DNA from: Candidatus Nomurabacteria bacterium
GTDB taxonomy: Bacteria; Patescibacteriota; Minisyncoccia; Phycocordibacterales; UBA9973
Direction: 5' to 3'
Length of the DNA: 64,000 bases
NCBI GenBank assembly: GCA_023267195.1
Contig: JAHFNT010000002.1
Span: 23,830 to 87,829, forward strand
Position 1 is the first letter of the stretch. Every line of letters begins with the position of its first letter. The position numbers were made by a program, and so were the translations under genes. The notes beneath the pieces were generated by a model. It saw nothing but the letters and a program-made list of their open reading frames with translations. It was not told the origin of the DNA and made no database searches. Of this stretch, positions 57,228-64,000 are shown piece by piece.

Positions 57228-58937
57228 TTAATTAAATTCAGCTTGATAACATTTTACGCAATACACAATTTCGGGTCGGCCTGGTTTGTATGGAGTATAA
57301 ATTTCCGTTTCGCATTTTGCACAATTGCGATGATATAGCCCTGGTTTTGTCATTCTAATAAATCTCTTATCTTGTCGGCATTTTGGACATTCGTGTGGCG
57401 CTGGCAACCCCATTTTATGGAGTAAATCCAATTCGCCTTGGACTATTTTATACGCTCGTTTACAATTTGAGCACTCTATCACTTCTTCTAAAATTGAGTC
57501 TTGAGTTTCTTTAATTTTTTCTGGCAAATCTGCAGCTTTGATCGTAGGCTCCGCGGTTGGATTATCTTCATCACTCCATGTGTAGCCAAGGGACAGTGTC
57601 TGCTCTTTTGTTTTTGGAAAAAAGCGCATTGCATTTGATTTGTTATATGGAAACTGACTCATTTCTGACGGGAAAAATTCTCCATAGAAAAATTTACGGC
57701 CAAGCTTGTCCAGATATGGATTACTTTTCATGTCTGCAATTATTTCTTCTTTTAACTTTTCATATTCTTTTTTAGAATATTCTTTGTTTAAAATACAATA
57801 TTTTTTCCTCTTTAAACTAACGCAGCCGAAATTATCTTTCCCAGAAATTACATAATTACAATATGTGAGATTCAAAACATCTGGAAATGAATTCGCTGAA
57901 AAGAGCACTGTATCCGCGCCTTCTCCCACGTTCTGACACTCATAAATTTGTGATGCGCTTTGCCCCCAGCCAGAATAATCGTAACAATCCTTGGCTGTCG
58001 CTACGGTTATGAACTGACACCACTTACAATTCTCTGCATAATTTACGATATATCCTTCTTTGGAATTTTTTGAGCGGAAAGTATATTCCCCAGTCACATT
58101 TAAATTAAATGTATGCCCATGATATTCTCTGTATGGCTTCATAAGCCAAAACTCATAAGCCTTTTTTTCTACCTCTCGCAAGCCAGACCAGGTGTCTAGT
58201 TTCATATCTTTTATTTTTTCTTCATATTCTTCTTTTGAATATTTAACATTAAAAATAGAATTGGTCGCACCGCGTAGATTTACGCACCCTATACAATTAG
58301 TGCAACCATAACAGTTGCGGGAAAACCACACATCCACACAATTTTCTGATTCATCAGAGAAAAAAGTTCTGTAATTATTTATAAAACCTATTGATTCATA
58401 ACACAATTCCGAATCCCACCCCCTAATGCAGTCAGAGCTAAATCTTAATTTGTTTAGTATCGTAGAATAAAAAACAGATTCACAGTAGTCGGCCCAAAAT
58501 ACAAGATAACAATTTTTACAAGAACCCAGGTGATTACAATATTCAGAATTTTTAAGAGTCGTGTAGGAACTCTGAAGAGCGGGAAACGGGACTTCGGACA
58601 TTAGTTCTTTAATTTGGTCAAAAAATGGACGCGTCCTATCATACTCTTTCGCGAATTCTGTCCCATCCCAAGAATCACCCCACCAGCATGGTTGGCAATA
58701 TATTTTTATCCTATCTCCCGATGAGTACATAGATAAAACCCTTTTCTCGCATTTTTTGCATTTATTCCAAAATAAATTCCAAGTATTAGTAAAAGACCAT
58801 CTGCGAATCAGACGACACTCTGGGCAAAACGTCGGTGCTGGAACTTTTATTTTTTCATAAAAATTAAAATCTTCGGGTTCGATGGTGAAATCCTTCTTGC
58901 AATTCTGACATATTTTGGTTTCACTTTTATGTTCCAT
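57228..58937 (-). CDS. Cysteine-rich multi-zinc-ribbon protein, paralog P4 (most divergent member)
   Basis: CQNCKKDFTIEPEDFNFYEKIKVPAPTFCPECRLIRR; CTNCIGCVNLRGATNSIFNVKYSKEEY; FGCVSLKRKKYCILNKEYSKKEY; the C-terminal ribbon IECSNCKRAYKIVQGELDLLHKMGLPAPHECPKCRQDKR; ends ...IVYCVKCYQAEFN. Confidence 0.8.
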   Translation of the reverse strand: MEHKSETKICQNCKKDFTIEPEDFNFYEKIKVPAPTFCPECRLIRRWSFTNTWNLFWNKCKKCEKRVLSMYSSGDRIKIYCQPCWWGDSWDGTEFAKEYDRTRPFFDQIKELMSEVPFPALQSSYTTLKNSEYCNHLGSCKNCYLVFWADYCESVFYSTILNKLRFSSDCIRGWDSELCYESIGFINNYRTFFSDESENCVDVWFSRNCYGCTNCIGCVNLRGATNSIFNVKYSKEEYEEKIKDMKLDTWSGLREVEKKAYEFWLMKPYREYHGHTFNLNVTGEYTFRSKNSKEGYIVNYAENCKWCQFITVATAKDCYDYSGWGQSASQIYECQNVGEGADTVLFSANSFPDVLNLTYCNYVISGKDNFGCVSLKRKKYCILNKEYSKKEYEKLKEEIIADMKSNPYLDKLGRKFFYGEFFPSEMSQFPYNKSNAMRFFPKTKEQTLSLGYTWSDEDNPTAEPTIKAADLPEKIKETQDSILEEVIECSNCKRAYKIVQGELDLLHKMGLPAPHECPKCRQDKRFIRMTKPGLYHRNCAKCETEIYTPYKPGRPEIVYCVKCYQAEFN

Positions 58938-58970
58938 ATTTTTGCATATACGCTATAGCGTAGATTAATA

Positions 58971-60725
58971 TTAGTACACTTCTTGCTGGTAACATTTTTC
59001 ACAATAAATCACCTCTGGCCGACCGGGCGCATAACTTGTTTCAAATTCTACCTCGCAATTCCCCGCCGCATGATTTGCATGATTTTCCTTATCACACATA
59101 CAACTTCTGTGCCATAGTTTCATTGGATTACGAACTTTCAACCTTGCATCATGACGACAACCAAAGCAAAGACGAGGTATCGGCACCCCTATTCTTTTAT
59201 ACAACCTAAATTCATCTTCTGTGATTCTAAACGCCCCAGAACAGCGATCTCCGCATTCTCTATTGTGTAAACAACTGATGATTTCTTTTGGGATAGATTC
59301 TTGTACGTCTTTAAAACTATCAGGCAGATCTTCGGCTTGTATTGTTATTTGATATTCATTGGTCTTTTTATCTCGCCATCTATATCCCCTTTTGAGAGCT
59401 TCATCTTTTGTTAAAGGAAAATAATCTTGAGCCTGGGTTTCATTGTAGCAAAATGTGGATAATTCCGATGGAAAAAATTCTCCATATTTATAAATGAGAC
59501 CTTTCTTGTCGACATACGACATTGTATTCATGTGCTCAATAATCTTCGGTAAAAGTTTTTCATATTCTTCTTTACTGTATTGTTTATTTAAAATACAATA
59601 ATTTTTATTTCTAAGGCCAATACAGCCAAATAAATTAGAGCAATTAAAACAATAAAAAGAATATTCAACATTTTTGGAACTGTAAACCACATTCGTAAAA
59701 AGACTACGAAAAGAACCCAGACCACCGTCAAAAACTTCATACATCAATTCACCAATACCTACCCCGGGACCCGCATCATACGAATCCTTGATCCGCAGAG
59801 CCCAGTGAAGATATTTAGAATCTTCAACCTGTCCGGCTGTGTCAAAACTATTTTGACAATTTTTTGTCCCTTCAAGATTATCACCCGTAGAATTTACGAC
59901 TTTTATTTGATTGGTAAAACGATGTAAGGCATTCAAATAAAATTCTTTAAATTTTTTATGCAATCTAAGAATAGTTGAATAACTGGTTAGATCAAGTCCA
60001 GCTAAACGCTTGGCATATTCTTCTTTGGAAAGTTGCTCATTCCACATACAATATGACTTGTTTCGGAGATTCGTACACCCAAAACAATTTATACAACCAT
60101 GACAATCGTACAGAAAGTACGAATCCACGCAATTCTTACAATTTAAAGAATACAAAACGTGATAACAATCTGAACAAAATATATCGTCATAACAAAGCTC
60201 AGAACGATGAACAACATATAAATCGGAACTATCCTTAATTTCTGAAACTCTATTGGAATAAAATGTTTTTTCTATTATAAAACACGCTGAAGTCATATAA
60301 CTATCTTTGCTATCTTCCGCGACATTACAATAATCACTATTTACTGCTTTTGAATTCGAAAGAGATTGTTGGGGAAAAATATCTCTCAATTCTTTCCATT
60401 GTTCAAAAAACGGCTTAGAAAAATTATATTCTTTGCCGTAAGCAACAGCGTCCCAACTATCACTCCACCAGTATTTTATGTCATAAACCACAAGTTTTTC
60501 ATCAGGATGATATATTGTAATAATATCTTCATGGTGACTAGAAGCATCGTTTTTTCTTTTATAAAGAGACATTTCGTTTCTCCAACACAAACGTCTAATG
60601 GTGCGGCATTCTGGGCAAAAAGTCGGCGGGGGGACTTTTATTTTTTCGTAAAAGTTAAAATCTTCGGGCTCTATGATAAAGTCTTGTTTACAGTTTTGAC
60701 ATATTTTATTTTCACTTTTATACAT
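58971..60725 (-). CDS. Cysteine-rich multi-zinc-ribbon protein, paralog P5 (tandem with P4)
   Basis: CQNCKQDFIIEPEDFNFYEKIKVPPPTFCPECRTIRR; CINCFGCTNLRNKSYCMWNEQLSKEEY; LFGCIGLRNKNYCILNKQYSKEEY; ends ...VIYCEKCYQQEVY. Confidence 0.8.
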   Translation of the reverse strand: MYKSENKICQNCKQDFIIEPEDFNFYEKIKVPPPTFCPECRTIRRLCWRNEMSLYKRKNDASSHHEDIITIYHPDEKLVVYDIKYWWSDSWDAVAYGKEYNFSKPFFEQWKELRDIFPQQSLSNSKAVNSDYCNVAEDSKDSYMTSACFIIEKTFYSNRVSEIKDSSDLYVVHRSELCYDDIFCSDCYHVLYSLNCKNCVDSYFLYDCHGCINCFGCTNLRNKSYCMWNEQLSKEEYAKRLAGLDLTSYSTILRLHKKFKEFYLNALHRFTNQIKVVNSTGDNLEGTKNCQNSFDTAGQVEDSKYLHWALRIKDSYDAGPGVGIGELMYEVFDGGLGSFRSLFTNVVYSSKNVEYSFYCFNCSNLFGCIGLRNKNYCILNKQYSKEEYEKLLPKIIEHMNTMSYVDKKGLIYKYGEFFPSELSTFCYNETQAQDYFPLTKDEALKRGYRWRDKKTNEYQITIQAEDLPDSFKDVQESIPKEIISCLHNRECGDRCSGAFRITEDEFRLYKRIGVPIPRLCFGCRHDARLKVRNPMKLWHRSCMCDKENHANHAAGNCEVEFETSYAPGRPEVIYCEKCYQQEVY

Positions 60726-60727
60726 AA

Positions 60728-61834
60728 TTAGATTCCCTCTTTTTTGAGTTCTTCTACCACCTCGCGAGCTTTGCGGGAAAGCTTGCCGGGAAGTTTGATA
60801 TGCAACTTGATTAAGAGATCACCACGCTTACCCTTGCCAAAAGGCACGCCCTTTCCTCTGACGCGCAATATTTCGTTGACTGACACACCCTCTGGAATCG
60901 TCACTTCGATTTCCCCGTCTAAAGTTTGTATGGTATGCTTGGTGCCCAAAAGCGCATCAGATAACTTTATGTTCAAATTCATCACCAGGTCATTGCCATC
61001 ACGTCTGAAAACTGGATGCGGTATGACATTTATTTTTATATACAGATCGCCGGTTGTGCCTTTGGAGATCGCTTCACCATAGCCAGTCATTCGCACCATT
61101 TCCCCATCTCTCATACCGGAAGGAATAACAATTGAAATTTCTTCTTCCCGTCTAAGCACGCCCTTGCCTTTGCAATTTTCGCAAAGCTCCTTTGGCACTT
61201 GGCCAGCTCCAAGACATACTTCACAAGTTTTCGTACTGCCAATATTCCCAAAAATAGTCCTTTTGGACTCATGAATTTTCCCTTGCCCATTGCAGTGTTT
61301 GCAAGTTTCCATTTTCGTTCCAGCTTTGGCGCCAGAACCATTACACGTCAGGCATTTAGAAGTTTTAGTAATCAAAATTTTTCTAGTCGTGCCAAAAATA
61401 GCATCCGCAAAAGAAATCTGCATCTCTGTAGAAATATCACGGCCTCGGCGCTGCTGTGTTCTACCCCCTCCCTGACCCCCCATTGCCCCTCCGAAAAAAT
61501 CACTAAAGATATCGTTTAAATTTCCAAAATCAAATTCTACCCCACCATTTCCAAAGCCCTCAGCGCCACTGAAATCGAAACCTCCAAAACCTTGCCCAGC
61601 CCCACCATAGCCCTGACCCATATTTTCAAAACCAGATCCGAACTGATCGTATTTGGAACGCTTTTCATCATCAGAAAGGACTTGGTACGCCTGATTTACT
61701 TCTTTAAATTTCGCCTCATTTCCCCCTTTCTTGTCGGGATGATATTTATGCGCCAGCTTATAAAAAGCCTTTTTAATTTCATCCTTTGACGCGCTCTTAT
61801 TTACTCCCAAAATTTCATAATAATCTTGTTTCAT
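60728..61834 (-). CDS. dnaJ: Molecular chaperone DnaJ
   Basis: J domain (DYYEILGVNKSASKDEIKKAFYKLAHKYHPDKK), G/F-rich linker, four CxxCxGxG zinc-finger repeats, and the C-terminal substrate-binding domains. Confidence 0.9.
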   Translation of the reverse strand: MKQDYYEILGVNKSASKDEIKKAFYKLAHKYHPDKKGGNEAKFKEVNQAYQVLSDDEKRSKYDQFGSGFENMGQGYGGAGQGFGGFDFSGAEGFGNGGVEFDFGNLNDIFSDFFGGAMGGQGGGRTQQRRGRDISTEMQISFADAIFGTTRKILITKTSKCLTCNGSGAKAGTKMETCKHCNGQGKIHESKRTIFGNIGSTKTCEVCLGAGQVPKELCENCKGKGVLRREEEISIVIPSGMRDGEMVRMTGYGEAISKGTTGDLYIKINVIPHPVFRRDGNDLVMNLNIKLSDALLGTKHTIQTLDGEIEVTIPEGVSVNEILRVRGKGVPFGKGKRGDLLIKLHIKLPGKLSRKAREVVEELKKEGI

Positions 61835-61841
61835 GGTTCTT

Positions 61842-63413
61842 TTATATCATAGGCTCAGCTTCTTGTGAAGCTTTTTTATTGGAAATTTTTTTCTCTCCGA
61901 CCTCTATGTCGGAGTCCGACTCTGGTCGGACTTGTTTTTCTTCAACACTTTCCTCAATATTTTCTCCCTCTTCAATTTTACTTCCATTTTTTTCTTTTTC
62001 TTTTCTTTTCGCCCGTCCTTCTATGATTGCTTTTTCTTCAGCGCTGCGAATGATGGTAGCTTCTTCTTCGGCAATCAATTTGGCTGCATCATCTCTAGAG
62101 ATTGAATATTTTCTACGGGATGCGTCTAATATTTGTTGTCTGAAGGACGGGTGGGTAGGCGGAAGAACTTTCAGGGTTTCTGCGGAAAATGGATCATAGG
62201 ATTCTCCGTCAATTGTCATTTTGATATAAAATTCAGTCACTGCCAGGTTGATCATATCCTTGATATCAAACACCGGAGAGAATTCTGGTTTCATTTTTAC
62301 TGCGTCTTCACCTCCAATACGAAAAGTAATGATACTTCCGCAGTTACCGAGCACCGCCTGGTGAACCTTTGTTAAAATTTGCCCGACATATTGATGCGCC
62401 ATGGTCAAATTGAGTCCGTATTTGCGCGCCTCTGATAATATATTTTCAAAAGTCTGAGTTACGACGTTCTGGAACTCGTCCACGTAGAGATAGAAATCTG
62501 TACGATCTTGTTCGGGAATAGCGGCCCGCTCCATTCCAGCTTGTTTTATTTTTGTTAAAAATATAGAACCAAGGAAAGAAGAATTTTCTTCGCCTAGTCT
62601 GCCTTTTGAAAGATTAATGAAAATTATTTTTCCCTCATTCATCAATTTGCTAATATCTATTTTATTTTGCTTCTGGCCGAAAATATTGCGCAGGAGCGGA
62701 TCCGAAAGAAATTGGCCAAGCTTGTTCACGAGAGGAATGATGGCATCAGTGTCAAATTTTTCTGACCAATCGGCGAATTCAATAGCGAAGAATCTTTTCA
62801 CCATGTCGTCGGTAATATATTCCACCACTTTCTGCCGGTAATTTCTGTCCGTCAACATCGAGATCATCCCGCGCATCGTCGCATGCGGATAATCAAGCAA
62901 AGCTAAACAGGTAAAACGAAAAACGTGTTCTAGGCGAGGAGTCCAATTAGCGCCGAATTGTTTTTGAAAAACTTCAATCAAACCCTGAGTCAACTGAAAC
63001 TTAAACATCGGATCCACATTGGCCAAAGGATTAAAAGACGCCGGAAAATCAATATCGGCTGGATCTATAATGCACACATCTTCAATACGATCTTCGGGAA
63101 TATAATCAAGCATTGAATCGATGACATCCCCGTGCGGATCAATCAAGCAAAGTCCATGCCCATAAGAAACATCCTGACGGATAAAAAGCTCCAGAAGTTT
63201 GGTTTTACCAACTCCAGACTTACCAATAATATAGAGATGTCTTCGGCGGTCTATGCGCTTGATACCAAAAACGAATTTCTTTTCTTCCAGTGAGGCTACA
63301 TAATTCGTGCGCCCAATAAAAGAAACCTCTCGCGGATCAACTTTACCGAAGACGGGCAATTCTGGCGGAGGCGGAGCATATTTTATTATCTGTACTCTAT
63401 TGGGCTTCGGCAT
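61842..63413 (-). CDS. HerA/FtsK-superfamily P-loop ATPase (DUF87/TraD-VirD4-like) with Lys/Glu-rich C-terminal tail
   Basis: Walker A (IIGKSGVGKTKLLE), Walker B-like (FYLYVDEFQNV), and a charged low-complexity tail (EEKAIIEGRAKRKEKEKNGSKIEEGENIEESVEEK). Confidence 0.6.
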   Translation of the reverse strand: MPKPNRVQIIKYAPPPPELPVFGKVDPREVSFIGRTNYVASLEEKKFVFGIKRIDRRRHLYIIGKSGVGKTKLLELFIRQDVSYGHGLCLIDPHGDVIDSMLDYIPEDRIEDVCIIDPADIDFPASFNPLANVDPMFKFQLTQGLIEVFQKQFGANWTPRLEHVFRFTCLALLDYPHATMRGMISMLTDRNYRQKVVEYITDDMVKRFFAIEFADWSEKFDTDAIIPLVNKLGQFLSDPLLRNIFGQKQNKIDISKLMNEGKIIFINLSKGRLGEENSSFLGSIFLTKIKQAGMERAAIPEQDRTDFYLYVDEFQNVVTQTFENILSEARKYGLNLTMAHQYVGQILTKVHQAVLGNCGSIITFRIGGEDAVKMKPEFSPVFDIKDMINLAVTEFYIKMTIDGESYDPFSAETLKVLPPTHPSFRQQILDASRRKYSISRDDAAKLIAEEEATIIRSAEEKAIIEGRAKRKEKEKNGSKIEEGENIEESVEEKQVRPESDSDIEVGEKKISNKKASQEAEPMI

Positions 63414-63457
63414 GTAAATTATTGATTACTTAATGTTAAAAGTATATCATATAAAAT

Positions 63458-64000
63458 ATGAAATTACATAGATTTATTGGAGATTTCGACCTCGCCAAAA
63501 ATGAAATAGAAATCACCAACCCTGAAAATATCAAGCAAATAAAGGGTGTTTTGAGAATGGAAAAAGGCGAGAAAATCATTCTGTCGGACGGCAAAGGAAA
63601 TGAAGCAGAGGCTGTGCTGGCTTTTGTTTCGGCAGAGAAAATCATCTGCTTTCTGAAAAAAATAAATAACCAAAAAGAATTGACTAGAAAAGTAAATTTA
63701 TATTTAGCCATTTTGAAAAAAGAGAATTTTGAACTGGCTGTACAAAAAGCAACCGAAATTGGGGTCTCTAATATTACACCGATAATTACCGAGAGAACAA
63801 TTAAGACCGGGTTGAATATCCCCCGTCTACAAAAAATTATATTGGAAGCAAGCGAACAGTCTGGCAGAAACATTTTACCTACTCTGTCCCTTGTTTTAGA
63901 TTTTCCGGTGGCCCTGGCGTATGGCAGCGCGGCGCCGGAGAAAATAATATTTCATCTAGGGCATAAAATGTATGAGGCAAATGAAAAATCAAAAAGCATA
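63458..64000 (+). CDS. rsmE: 16S rRNA (uracil1498-N3)-methyltransferase RsmE (3' partial, runs off window)
   Basis: My own translation: MKLHRFIGDFDLAKNEIEITNPENIKQIKGVLRMEKGEKIILSDGKGNEAEAVLAFVS... This is the RsmE PUA-like N-terminus and SPOUT fold. The ORF is not in the track because it has no stop within the window. Confidence 0.7.
   Translation, partial: MKLHRFIGDFDLAKNEIEITNPENIKQIKGVLRMEKGEKIILSDGKGNEAEAVLAFVSAEKIICFLKKINNQKELTRKVNLYLAILKKENFELAVQKATEIGVSNITPIITERTIKTGLNIPRLQKIILEASEQSGRNILPTLSLVLDFPVALAYGSAAPEKIIFHLGHKMYEANEKSKSI

Noticed and set aside
63436-63873. Minus-strand ORF of 145 aa
   Set aside because: It is antisense to a clearly recognisable rsmE coding sequence on the plus strand, and its low-complexity, hydrophobic translation has no conserved features.

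Overview
This is an AT-rich (~35% GC), gene-dense bacterial chromosomal window with short or overlapping intergenic regions. That is typical of a small-genome, possibly Patescibacteria/CPR-like organism, though the lineage is not proven. Its core is a near-complete de novo purine nucleotide supercluster: purL (PurS-like N-terminus fused), purQ, purF, purN, purD, purA, guaB, guaA, purH, purE, purM, purC and purB, with prs about 20 kb away. Flanking genes are housekeeping: a heavy-metal P-type ATPase, a YvcK/CofD-like gene, PBP2, Ctp protease, ribosomal proteins L9/L27/L21, gltX, murG-ftsW-mraY, scpAB, pepN, aspS, trpS with a TrpR/YerC-like regulator, dnaB, recR, cysS, aguA-aguB, dnaJ, a HerA/FtsK-like ATPase and rsmE. 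The standout feature is a five-member paralogous family of ~570-590 aa cysteine-rich proteins (P1-P5) that I cannot assign to any characterised family. All five share an N-terminal CxxC...CxxC zinc-ribbon module that recurs near the C-terminus, an internally duplicated CFGC-x-GL...YCI-x-NKQY-x-KEEY core, and a C-terminal motif (YCEKCYQ followed by QEVY, AEVY or AEFN). P1 and P2 are inserted inside the purine operons, P3 lies upstream of mraY-ftsW-murG, and P5-P4 form a tandem pair directly downstream of dnaJ. Two GC-rich islands (about 46140-47300 and 51540-51950) stand out against the AT-rich background. They contain stem-loops, two related minus-strand terminator hairpins and small SD-preceded ORFs, and are candidate ncRNA or small-protein genes of possibly foreign origin. 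No rRNA, tRNA or CRISPR array was recognised.
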